A stretch of DNA of 64,000 bases from a virus: the IMG/VR virus record IMGVR_UViG_3300045988_115788; one strand, written 5' to 3'. Shown here one piece after another: positions 37,612 through 46,408 of this stretch. Below the pieces are notes generated by a model that had not been told where the DNA came from, did no database searches, and saw only the letters and a program-made list of their open reading frames with translations. Numbering within the stretch: the stretch's first letter is position 1; each line of letters opens with the position of its first letter. The translations under genes and the position numbers were made by a program.

Positions 37612-37626
37612 TTTGGATTTTACAGA

Positions 37627-38724
37627 TTAAACATAGAAGCAGGGGGCCACCGCATCGCAATACCGCGAGTTGGTGCCGGACGCCGAACCACCAGTGTGCA
37701 CAAAGCAGAAGTAGCCGGAGTTGCCGGAATACGGACTCCTGTTCCACCAATATACAGCACTGTTAGTGTTATTATATTCATATCTAACTTTACTATTCCC
37801 GTTTTTATAATAGTCATACTGTTGTTGTTTGTTTTGTTCATAACTATTAGCGTATTTTCTAGTACCATGAACCTCAAATTCTGCTTCAAGACAAATTGTT
37901 TCAGTTGTTGCAGTTACATAAGAAGAGTTGCTACCACCGCCGCCACCTGTATTATCAGTATACTTCGTAACTGTCTTTAACACATTTTGAAGGTCAGTAG
38001 GTAAAACATCTTTAATTGCAGGAATAATTGTAGAACGCATATAACAACCTTCCCAACCTCCAACATTTGTATCGCTATCACCATAAGACATAGAGAAATA
38101 ACCAGAAGAAGTTATTGGATATTGTTCATATTTGGAATCAATTAGTCCAACAGTTTCGTTATTAACCTTGCCAATACAAAAGTGAATACGATTATTCCCT
38201 TCGATTTCTGCATTGTGGTTAATACCTAAGATATAAGCATCAATAGATAAATTAGAAAACGTAGTATTACCTACTTGCCCGTTAATAATAATCGTTTTTG
38301 TATCCCCTACATTCCAATAATTAGAAGCTTCTCCACTTGCGCTAATTTCACTAATAATGTTCCACGAATTATCATTAAGTGTAGCACTAACAACAGTAAA
38401 AGATATTTCATAAATCTTTAAAGCGTCTATTGTTATGTTTTGCGTTTTAGTAGTCCCTGAGATATTAGTAGAAACTAAATATTCTCCATATTGAAGATTA
38501 TCAAAAGTAGCAATGCCAGTTGTGTTAGTTACAGCTGTTGCGGTTTTAGCCCCACTTAAATTTACAACCTGTCCTGCTGCTCCACCGACAATAGCTACAT
38601 CAATTCTTGCTCCTCCTAAATTTTCCAAGTCTTTTATATTTTCTTTCACCGTGTTGGGATACAGTATATCATAACTATTAGAAGCTTCATTATACTCTCG
38701 CATAGTGATTAGATATTCTGCCAT
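37627..38724 (-). CDS. receptor-binding/tail-fibre protein, primary DGR target
   Basis: 365 aa. The C-terminus ..VYWWNRSPYSGNSGYFCFVHTGGSASGTNSRYCDAVAPCFYV corresponds to TR-encoded PYSDNSNNFCNVNTDGSANNNNSRNCNAVAP. Shares the N-terminal MAEY..T..N....YD.LYP motif with the other RBPs. Confidence 0.85.
   Translation of the reverse strand: MAEYLITMREYNEASNSYDILYPNTVKENIKDLENLGGARIDVAIVGGAAGQVVNLSGAKTATAVTNTTGIATFDNLQYGEYLVSTNISGTTKTQNITIDALKIYEISFTVVSATLNDNSWNIISEISASGEASNYWNVGDTKTIIINGQVGNTTFSNLSIDAYILGINHNAEIEGNNRIHFCIGKVNNETVGLIDSKYEQYPITSSGYFSMSYGDSDTNVGGWEGCYMRSTIIPAIKDVLPTDLQNVLKTVTKYTDNTGGGGGSNSSYVTATTETICLEAEFEVHGTRKYANSYEQNKQQQYDYYKNGNSKVRYEYNNTNSAVYWWNRSPYSGNSGYFCFVHTGGSASGTNSRYCDAVAPCFYV
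37642..37735 (-). repeat. DGR variable repeat VR1
   Basis: Aligns with the TR at offset +670. All 15 hand-counted mismatches are at TR adenine positions. Confidence 0.85.
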
Positions 38725-38742
38725 TGCACAACCTCCTTATTG

Positions 38743-39363
38743 TTATTTTTCTTCCATTTTTATTTTCAAAATTTTTTCCATATTTTCTTTTAAATCATCA
38801 GGAAGTTCAATCCCATAATAAATTGACTTTAATTCTTTCATCTTGTTACATCTTTTAATCCAAGACATAAGATGATTGCAATAAGTCAAATGATAAAGTT
38901 TATGTTGAACAAAAGCATTACTAATTAACTTGATATTATTAGCACTATATAGTTCGCATAATTCACCATCAGCATGATAAGGATATTCTTTCATTCCATT
39001 ATTAACAGCATCTAATGCAGTTGCAATATTGATTTGGTCTGTTTCTTCCATAGAAAAATGTTTAACAGTTTCATTTTCTAATGTTACGTCGCAACCAGTA
39101 ACAATAGCTTTACTACATTTATCAGAAACTTCTTCTAATTTTTGATTTCTTAAAGGAGAAATATCAATATTAAATACTGAAACAGGAATTAGTTTTTTAA
39201 CAATATTATTTTCATCTAGTTCAATATTGACGAAAGGAAAAGTAGAAGGAATTTCAATTTCATCTGGGATTAAAGCATAACCTTCTGGCGGCGATATTTC
39301 TATTTCAGTTACAAAATTCTCATGCGCCCCATTGATATATTCTTCTATTTTAATGTATCTCAT
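38743..39363 (-). CDS. DUF4376-like fibre partner protein (paralog)
   Basis: ATG 39363 gives MRYIKIEEY.... Shared block ...HFSMEETDQINIATALDAVNNGMKEYPYHADGELCELYSANNI. The tool start at 39447 lies in the tnpB 3' flank. Confidence 0.55.
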   Translation of the reverse strand: MRYIKIEEYINGAHENFVTEIEISPPEGYALIPDEIEIPSTFPFVNIELDENNIVKKLIPVSVFNIDISPLRNQKLEEVSDKCSKAIVTGCDVTLENETVKHFSMEETDQINIATALDAVNNGMKEYPYHADGELCELYSANNIKLISNAFVQHKLYHLTYCNHLMSWIKRCNKMKELKSIYYGIELPDDLKENMEKILKIKMEEK

Positions 39364-40752
39364 AACAAAACACCCCTTATTGAACCTCACATAGTTAAAG
39401 TCACATGATTCTTGAGAACTCTTTTCCATTGAAAAGATATTTATCAAGCTATCCCGACCGTTCCTGCCGTTCTTTTTTGTATTTGCTAGACTACTTCAAG
39501 TATCCGTATTCCTTCGTTTAAAATATTTATTGCCGCATTTATGTCTCTATCAAGATGAGTATTACAACAAGGACAAACCCATTCTCTAACTTTGAGATTT
39601 TTTGTTTCTTTATTGACATATCCACACACATTGCAAATTTGAGAGCTTGCAAAAAACTTACCTACTTTGACAACTTGTTTACCATACCAATTAGCTTTAT
39701 ATTCCAATTCTCTAACAAACTCAGACCATGATGCATCTGCTATAGACATCGCAAGTTTGTGATTTTTAATCATATTTGACACTTGTAAATCCTCTAAACA
39801 GATTATATCATTATTTCTAATAATTTTAGTAGACAACTTTTGTAAGAAGTCTTTTCTCTGATTCGCAATATGCTCTTGAAGTCTTGCCACTTTAATTCTT
39901 GCTTTATTGCAATTTGAGCCGCCTTTTGATTTTCGAGACAGTTCTTTTTGTAACTTAACAAGTTTATCTAAAGACTTTTTGAAATATTTAGGATTTGCAA
40001 TCATTTCTCCATTAGACATTATACAAAATTCTTTAATTCCTAAATCAATACCAACCGATTTTTCAGTCTTTTCTAATGGTTCCATATTAACATCAGTACA
40101 ACAAAGTGACACATAATATTTTCCACTGGGTACTTGTGACACAGTTGCGTTAAGTATCCTACCTTGTGGTACCAACTTATTTTTCGTTTTTACCATTCCA
40201 AGTTTAGGTAATTTAATGTGCTTATTACAGTATTGAATATTTCCATTAGTGCATTTTGACTTATAAGAATATCTATGAATTTTCTTTGACTTGAATTTTG
40301 GATACCCACTGCGTTCCTTAAAAAAATTCTGATATGCAGAATCCAAATCTTTGAGTGAAGACTGAAGAGCAGTGGAGTCAACCTCTTTAAGCCATTGTAA
40401 TTCTGTTTTAAGATTTTTCATATCGTTTGCACACTGCGCATACGAAAAAGATTTTTTTGATTCTTCATATATTTTAATTCTCTTTGCAAGGTATACATTG
40501 TATATAAATCTACAACATCCAAATGTCTTTGCTATTAACTCTTTTTGTTTCTTATTCGGATAAATCCTGTACTTATAGGCTTTTTCCACTATCTTCACCT
40601 CACTTTATTTGGCACACCAAACCACATGATATTGAATTGCATATAACATATCCTCGACCATGAGTTACTTCCATGATATGTCATCTCATGTGCGTATTTT
40701 CTGTTTTTGCGACGATTTATCTCACCACTGAAGTGACAAGTGTTCTCGCCTT
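39364..40752 (-). mobile_element. IS200/IS605-family TnpB-only element (approximate boundaries)
   Basis: Consists of tnpB, an about 155-nt 5' flank with the imperfect palindrome ACATATC (40646-40652)/GATATGT (40675-40681), and an about 120-nt 3' non-coding flank. No tnpA is present. It interrupts an RBP/partner gene pair. Confidence 0.6.
39486..40598 (-). CDS. tnpB: TnpB (RNA-guided RuvC-like nuclease, IS605 OrfB family)
   Basis: 370 aa. N-terminal [12 protein letters not shown] signature, VGIDLGIK (RuvC-I), CLEDLQV (RuvC-II), CNVCG..CPCC zinc finger and [10 protein letters not shown] (RuvC-III). Confidence 0.85.
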   Translation of the reverse strand: MKIVEKAYKYRIYPNKKQKELIAKTFGCCRFIYNVYLAKRIKIYEESKKSFSYAQCANDMKNLKTELQWLKEVDSTALQSSLKDLDSAYQNFFKERSGYPKFKSKKIHRYSYKSKCTNGNIQYCNKHIKLPKLGMVKTKNKLVPQGRILNATVSQVPSGKYYVSLCCTDVNMEPLEKTEKSVGIDLGIKEFCIMSNGEMIANPKYFKKSLDKLVKLQKELSRKSKGGSNCNKARIKVARLQEHIANQRKDFLQKLSTKIIRNNDIICLEDLQVSNMIKNHKLAMSIADASWSEFVRELEYKANWYGKQVVKVGKFFASSQICNVCGYVNKETKNLKVREWVCPCCNTHLDRDINAAINILNEGIRILEVV

Positions 40753-40753
40753 A

Positions 40754-41581
40754 TCAATAAAAGATAATGTACCAATAATCGCACAGGGAAGAATTGCATC
40801 TATCTCTAGTCAGATAATTACCTGTGGTTGAAAATTCGATAGATATGTTTGATGTGTTCCAAGTTATATCTGAAAAACTTGTGTTTACAGATTCAGAAGC
40901 ACCGTAAAATAGCTTAACTTCGCTTTGAAGAGAAGTGACAAAAAACAAACATTCACTCGTGCCGCCAGAATCACTGCCATAAATTAAAAACCTGGCTCGT
41001 GCAGAAGTAGGAATTTCTATAGCGTCAGAATTGGTGCCTTTTCTTGTACCTAATGCAGTAGTGCCTTTTAGCCCCTCCAAATCAGTATAGTCAACAGAAA
41101 CATAATCTGCCGCAATCCAAAAACTACCATTATACATCAATCTTAAAGGACGGTTTGCTGACATCCAACTAACATTTCTAAAATCTTTTATAGAAGTTAA
41201 AGATGTCCCTAAAGCTCGTTCAATATACTTATTACCCAAGCCATTAACATTAAGATATGGGTCAACCCTTTTACTTACTGTGTTAGGCATTATAGTAAGC
41301 ATTGCGCCCTTTGTTAAACTTGTGATATGAGAAGCGGTGCAAGTGTATGTTAATCCATCTGAACTTGTTGCTACAATCGGAGTAAGTTCAGGCGTGGTTC
41401 CACTACTGCCGCCACCATGCTCGTAAGCCGCTTTAAGAGCATCATTCACATTAACTGTGCCACTCAGTCCTAAATCTGTTGCAATTTCACTTACATCAAC
41501 TTGTTCACCTTTGGTTGCTGGATATAATTGGTCATATCCTGTATTTGTTTTATTTTCTATTGTAAAATTATATTCTGCCAT
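40754..41581 (-). CDS. receptor-binding protein paralog (non-DGR)
   Basis: N-terminus MAEYNFTIENKTNTGYDQLYPATKGEQVDVS is nearly identical to that of 42174-42980. The C-terminal domains differ. Confidence 0.55.
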   Translation of the reverse strand: MAEYNFTIENKTNTGYDQLYPATKGEQVDVSEIATDLGLSGTVNVNDALKAAYEHGGGSSGTTPELTPIVATSSDGLTYTCTASHITSLTKGAMLTIMPNTVSKRVDPYLNVNGLGNKYIERALGTSLTSIKDFRNVSWMSANRPLRLMYNGSFWIAADYVSVDYTDLEGLKGTTALGTRKGTNSDAIEIPTSARARFLIYGSDSGGTSECLFFVTSLQSEVKLFYGASESVNTSFSDITWNTSNISIEFSTTGNYLTRDRCNSSLCDYWYIIFY

Positions 41582-41584
41582 TTT

Positions 41585-42181
41585 TTAGCCTTTCAACTTT
41601 GCAATAATGTTTTGCATCTGTACATCTGCACTTGCCATCATATCCTCAAGTTGTTCCTGAAAAACACCCGTCAACTCTTGTCCAAAAAATACTTTTTCAA
41701 CATCTTTTTTATCAGTTAAAGTATCAATATACATTTTTAGTTGATTGTAATATGTCGTGTAATAAGTTACTGTTTTCTTATAAAGCACATAAAGATTAAG
41801 AATATCTTCTGCTTTCATGTTGCAACAGCTTTCACCATCAGCATGATAGGGGTATTCTTTCGCCCCAGCCAATATTGCATTAAACATTGAATCAATATTT
41901 ATTTGGTCATTTGGAGTTAAACTGTATACTTTTCCATTATATTGAACACCCTTTTGTATTATTTTAGAACATTCTTCTGACATTTGCTGAATTTTTTCTT
42001 GGCGAATCCCTTGCAAGATATATTCATCCGAAAAACTCGATATAGGATTATCAAAAGAATTGTTATATTCTTCTTCTGTTGCTTCAACACAACCTTTTGG
42101 AAGATAATCTATGCTATCAACAAGTCCAACCTGTACTATATTGTTTTTATCATCAAGTCGTTTAAAAAATATTTTATTCAT
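41585..42181 (-). CDS. DUF4376-like fibre partner protein (paralog)
   Basis: ATG 42181 gives MNKIFFKRL... Shared block ..GKVYSLTPNDQINIDSMFNAILAGAKEYPYHADGESCCNMKAEDI. Confidence 0.55.
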   Translation of the reverse strand: MNKIFFKRLDDKNNIVQVGLVDSIDYLPKGCVEATEEEYNNSFDNPISSFSDEYILQGIRQEKIQQMSEECSKIIQKGVQYNGKVYSLTPNDQINIDSMFNAILAGAKEYPYHADGESCCNMKAEDILNLYVLYKKTVTYYTTYYNQLKMYIDTLTDKKDVEKVFFGQELTGVFQEQLEDMMASADVQMQNIIAKLKG

Positions 42182-42980
42182 ATACAATACCTCTATATCG
42201 TACAAGATTATAATTAGTAGAACTGTTAAGATTTTGATACCAAATTTTAAAAGTTACTCCGCTTAAATCATATTTAAAAGCACCAATAGAATACAGAAAA
42301 CGGTTTGCGGTCGCGCTTGTAGGATATTGACAAAAAGCAGTTCCTCCTTGCATAGAAAATGTTGTTGCATTATTCCCATAATAAGTAAACTCAAAAGGTG
42401 CGTCACTGCTAAGTCTGGTAGGTTCTTTATCTATATTTACAAAATATTGCCATCCAAAATTAAACACACGCTTAGACATATCATAAGTTGTGGTTGAAGA
42501 ACTAGGCAAGAGAGGTGCGTTTGAAGCATAGCAATATCGTGCATAAGCATTAAAAGTACCATCATCTTGTCTAATTAAAAACATACGAACATCACCTACT
42601 GCTGAAGCACCGGTTTCTAAAACAGTAGAAAGTCTATTCCACTCTCTATCAACTCCCCGTCCAATTTCTAAATAAACCATAGTAGGAAGTTTTGTCAAAG
42701 TTTTGGCAAAAGGCAGTGTATAAGAATAATATTGGCTAGTGTCGCCCATCTCAGAATTGATACTGCCGTTGGCAATAGTAGTAACAATTTTAGGAAAACC
42801 TGTTTTATTGGTAGCTGTAGCGTAAAGACTTGTTAAAGCTTGTTCTACATTTAACGGGCCTGATTCTCCAATAGCCGAGGCAACAGAAGATACGTCAACT
42901 TGTTCGCCCTTAGTTGCCGGATATAATTGGTCATATCCAGAAGAAGTTTTATTTTCTATTGTAAAATTATATTCTGCCAT
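42174..42980 (-). CDS. receptor-binding protein paralog (non-DGR)
   Basis: N-terminus MAEYNFTIENKTSSGYDQLYPATKGEQVDVS. Confidence 0.55.
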   Translation of the reverse strand: MAEYNFTIENKTSSGYDQLYPATKGEQVDVSSVASAIGESGPLNVEQALTSLYATATNKTGFPKIVTTIANGSINSEMGDTSQYYSYTLPFAKTLTKLPTMVYLEIGRGVDREWNRLSTVLETGASAVGDVRMFLIRQDDGTFNAYARYCYASNAPLLPSSSTTTYDMSKRVFNFGWQYFVNIDKEPTRLSSDAPFEFTYYGNNATTFSMQGGTAFCQYPTSATANRFLYSIGAFKYDLSGVTFKIWYQNLNSSTNYNLVRYRGIVYE

Positions 42981-42992
42981 ATAATCACCTAA

Positions 42993-43958
42993 TTATAAAT
43001 TATTCGCACTTAAAGAATCAGAAGTAACACTTAAAGATGTATTTATATTGTTACCAACTACAATAGTTTTTTTTGTTAATAAGTTTTGATTAGAATCAAA
43101 GCTCATATCGTTTCCCACAATAGTGTAATTAAAAGTTGTTTTATCTCCTGCAACGGTTATAAAATTAGTAGCTTGTAACCTATTACCAAAGATTAAAACA
43201 TAATTCATATTGCCCCCATTTGCAGAAGGCGACACAATGCAAGAACCTTCAACAGAAGATTCCGCTATATTTCCTTGAATAGTTGCGTTGCCATTCTGTC
43301 CTTTTTGTTGTATTGAGTCCATGACAAAAATGTTAAAACTTTTTGCAACATTGTTTGTGATTACAAGGTCTGTTCTTCCAGAAACACAATTTGTTACCTC
43401 GCTAAAAAAACAATTATTTACTCTAACTGGCTGGTCGCCACAGACCCCATACTTGCCTCCTGTAAAATAACAATTCTCTATTTCTGCGCTTCCAAAAAAA
43501 GAAATTGCGCCTACTGAACTTGATGTTATTGCAAATTGCAAATTACCTACATAATTTCTCTTACTGCTATAATCAGACGTTTTAAATAAAAAGTCTCCCG
43601 TCCAATTTGTTTCATGCTGTTGTATAGAAGCATTTTCATTTCCAATTATCGTTTTTCCTTCAACAATAATTGGCTTACTAATATTATATACGCCACTTAA
43701 AAAACAAATACAATCATTCTCATTCATTGCTCTTTGTATAATGTTCGCATTTTCTTCTGGGTTTGCTCCACAATAATAATCACAATCATCTGAAGTGTAA
43801 ACTAAAGTAGTCTCATTAACAGATGTTCCAATCGTTGCAAATGCGCTCTTACCCGCAGAAAGCAACGCTACATTGATTTCATCAATTTTATTATTAAATG
43901 TAGTGGTGCTAAAAGCATCCGTACCAACAAATTTTGTAACTGCCGCCATATTCACCAT
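42993..43958 (-). CDS. tail structural protein, possibly beta-helix type
   Basis: 321 aa with repetitive N/G/V-rich segments (..ENCYFTGG..NNCFFSEVTNC..). Assigned mainly by position. Confidence 0.35.
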   Translation of the reverse strand: MVNMAAVTKFVGTDAFSTTTFNNKIDEINVALLSAGKSAFATIGTSVNETTLVYTSDDCDYYCGANPEENANIIQRAMNENDCICFLSGVYNISKPIIVEGKTIIGNENASIQQHETNWTGDFLFKTSDYSSKRNYVGNLQFAITSSSVGAISFFGSAEIENCYFTGGKYGVCGDQPVRVNNCFFSEVTNCVSGRTDLVITNNVAKSFNIFVMDSIQQKGQNGNATIQGNIAESSVEGSCIVSPSANGGNMNYVLIFGNRLQATNFITVAGDKTTFNYTIVGNDMSFDSNQNLLTKKTIVVGNNINTSLSVTSDSLSANNL

Positions 43959-43978
43959 CCTCCCTTATCCACTGTTTC

Positions 43979-44350
43979 CTAAGTAATATTTAGCGCTGTA
44001 ATTTGGGTAAAAGTCATATTCTTTTGAGTAACTTGAGCAAAAGTGTAAGGAATTGCCCTTTCTTTGTCTGTCTTAAACCAAATCTGCCCAATTTTTAAAC
44101 CTAGTGGTTCATTTTTGCTCACAGGAATTAAATCATTTTTAAAATCTTTATCATCATCATTTTGTACTTTTTCCAAATAATCTACGATTTCATTCAATGA
44201 ACTCGCTACAGACGCCTTTGTTTTTAGTTGAGAACTTTTTACCTCTTTAATAGCTTTGCTATAATTTTTTTGTTGCCAAGATTCTTTAATATTTTCCCAT
44301 AAAGGTCTGTCTTTTAAATGAATATCTTGTCTTCTTAGATTATATTTCAT
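43979..44350 (-). CDS. tail/baseplate-associated protein
   Basis: 123-aa ORF. Contains an IGQIWFKTD motif similar to GDFW(F/Y) in neighbouring proteins. Confidence 0.35.
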   Translation of the reverse strand: MKYNLRRQDIHLKDRPLWENIKESWQQKNYSKAIKEVKSSQLKTKASVASSLNEIVDYLEKVQNDDDKDFKNDLIPVSKNEPLGLKIGQIWFKTDKERAIPYTFAQVTQKNMTFTQITALNIT

Positions 44351-44358
44351 AAACTACC

Positions 44359-44679
44359 TCACAGTTTTTTTGTAATATGAAACCAAAAATCACCACTACT
44401 TTGACCGGATGGTTGGCTTTCAGAAACAACATAGCCAGGAGTGTATCTTTCTAAAAAGAACGCTTCAACTGCTTCAATAGTATCTGTCATATCATTTAAA
44501 AATTCTGCCGAAATAAGCTTCTTGTCGTGGTCAGGGATTTTTTCTAAAATACTTGCCGCCAAACTTAAATCACCATTTTGCATGGCTTCTTGATATTGCT
44601 TGACTAAAGGCGCATCAGTTTCTACTAAATCTAATCGCTTATCGAAAGTTTGAACGGTGCCAGGAAAACTTGTTGCCAT
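44359..44679 (-). CDS. tail/baseplate-associated protein
   Basis: 106-aa ORF ending ..GDFWFHITKKL. Confidence 0.35.
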   Translation of the reverse strand: MATSFPGTVQTFDKRLDLVETDAPLVKQYQEAMQNGDLSLAASILEKIPDHDKKLISAEFLNDMTDTIEAVEAFFLERYTPGYVVSESQPSGQSSGDFWFHITKKL

Positions 44680-44691
44680 ATATATCTCCTT

Positions 44692-46404
44692 TTAAACATA
44701 AATATCTGTCGTTCCTTTTTGATAAATACTTATATCCCTACTAATCGTTGAGCCATTTAAAGTTGCAACAATAGTATAAGTACCCATCCCTTTAACTTGT
44801 AAGTTCAAAACACCAGAAGCCCCTATTGTACCAATAGCTACACTTTCTAAATTCGCATCTTGAATTACAATTTCTGTGCCAGAAGAACCATGAATAGCCA
44901 AAACTATTTTTTCAACCGCCGCTGTTGCGTAATAAGGATAAAAAGTCATAGCAGTAATTTCAGAAGTTCCACCTTCGCTATAATCAACAGAATAAGACTT
45001 AACAATATATTTTTTCATTTCTTCATTGTCTCTAACTGCATGTTGCATTAAAATATTGACATCAAGCCAAGGGACAGGCAAGGTAGTTAATTTTACAGTA
45101 TCATTAAGTCTTGCCGCCCAATATAGTTCTATTGCCGCACGTTGCAAGGCCAAATCATCTGTTGTTATATTATCATATTCACCGCCATAGCAAACTTTAC
45201 GAATACTTCCTACAGAGCCGCCAATATAAAAAGGACTATTTATATCATTATCGCTTGCTTCTCCATAAGCTTGTTGTCTTCCGATATAAATAAAATATCC
45301 GCCACCAAGTTCTTTGTCTTTATATTGCAATACGGCATATTCTTTTTTAGGTAATTCATAAAGCCTAGAACCATTAGTGTCGTAAATTTCATAAAGCTCA
45401 GTGACTTCAATCTCCCCTTCCACCAAATCATACTCTGCAATAAAATATAAATTACCGCTGTAATTGGGGACAGTAAGACCAATTATAGTACCGTCCAATA
45501 AGGTTCCTTGAGGCGCATACTTTACTTCAATAGCACCTACATTAGCACCCTCATATCTGACTACTCCATAAATAGCATCACTATAATAATAACTTACGTC
45601 ATGTGTTCTACCGTATACTTCGATTACGTTTTTTACTGCTTGAAAGTCCGTATCAATATCTTCACCTATAAGAATCCATTTCAAAAAAGAATCATCTATT
45701 AAAACTGAATCATTATCATCATCTGGAATAGGTTCATAATGAAATACCCCATCTATATCAAAATAGATTTGATAATTTGGAAGTATATCTCTTAATTCGC
45801 TAAGAATATCATATATAGTGCCACCTTGGTCAATTTGAATATCATAAGGAACTTCTTGAATACTTCCATCTACATTTTGACATTCATTAACAATGTATTT
45901 GTTAAATCCCATAAGTTGAATCGCCGCAATAATAGCTCCTTTAACTGAGCTTCCTTGGGGAATAACAGTTGGGATACCAGGCAAATAACCGTTTCTTGTA
46001 CCAGTTAGTTTTGACATTAAATCTAAACCTTGAATGGATAAAGAATTTGTTGTCGCATCATATCGCCAAGAAGGTGCATCAACAAGATAAATCCCTTGAT
46101 TGTACCAATAAATTTCACCCGTTGCCCTATCTTCATATCCGACCTGCGGAGAAATATATTTATCCAGCCAAATATCACTACCAGGAGAAACTTCAAATTC
46201 CTTGTTTTCAACAACAAGTTCTATTGAACAACTACGTCGTAAGTCACTATCAGCATCTACATTTACAGAACAACTTAACATTTTCCCACTTATTTCATCA
46301 ACTTGTCTAAAATTACCAAATTTATTTAAAGATAGTACTTTTACTTTAAGATAACGAATGAAAGAAGTCTGTTTTAAAATATCAAAATCCTTTTCTGTAA
46401 ACAT
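44692..46404 (-). CDS. large tail-tip/baseplate structural protein
   Basis: 570-aa ORF downstream of the tape measure. Assigned by position. Confidence 0.4.
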   Translation of the reverse strand: MFTEKDFDILKQTSFIRYLKVKVLSLNKFGNFRQVDEISGKMLSCSVNVDADSDLRRSCSIELVVENKEFEVSPGSDIWLDKYISPQVGYEDRATGEIYWYNQGIYLVDAPSWRYDATTNSLSIQGLDLMSKLTGTRNGYLPGIPTVIPQGSSVKGAIIAAIQLMGFNKYIVNECQNVDGSIQEVPYDIQIDQGGTIYDILSELRDILPNYQIYFDIDGVFHYEPIPDDDNDSVLIDDSFLKWILIGEDIDTDFQAVKNVIEVYGRTHDVSYYYSDAIYGVVRYEGANVGAIEVKYAPQGTLLDGTIIGLTVPNYSGNLYFIAEYDLVEGEIEVTELYEIYDTNGSRLYELPKKEYAVLQYKDKELGGGYFIYIGRQQAYGEASDNDINSPFYIGGSVGSIRKVCYGGEYDNITTDDLALQRAAIELYWAARLNDTVKLTTLPVPWLDVNILMQHAVRDNEEMKKYIVKSYSVDYSEGGTSEITAMTFYPYYATAAVEKIVLAIHGSSGTEIVIQDANLESVAIGTIGASGVLNLQVKGMGTYTIVATLNGSTISRDISIYQKGTTDIYV

Positions 46405-46408
46405 AATT

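Noticed and set aside
28165-37735. The TR/VR1/VR2 repeats and the tape-measure tandem repeats as a possible CRISPR array
   Set aside because: There are only three dispersed copies, lying inside or next to coding sequence, with no regular repeat-spacer periodicity. The tape-measure repeats are in-frame coding repeats. No CRISPR array is present in the window.
37538-37980. ORFs 37582-37980 (+), 37533-37766 (+), 37538-37750 (-) and 37620-37889 (-) overlapping VR1 and the avd-target junction
   Set aside because: They are alternative frames or strands of the GC-rich VR region. The in-frame RBP ORF (37627-38724) has a paralog and TR correspondence that explain the sequence.
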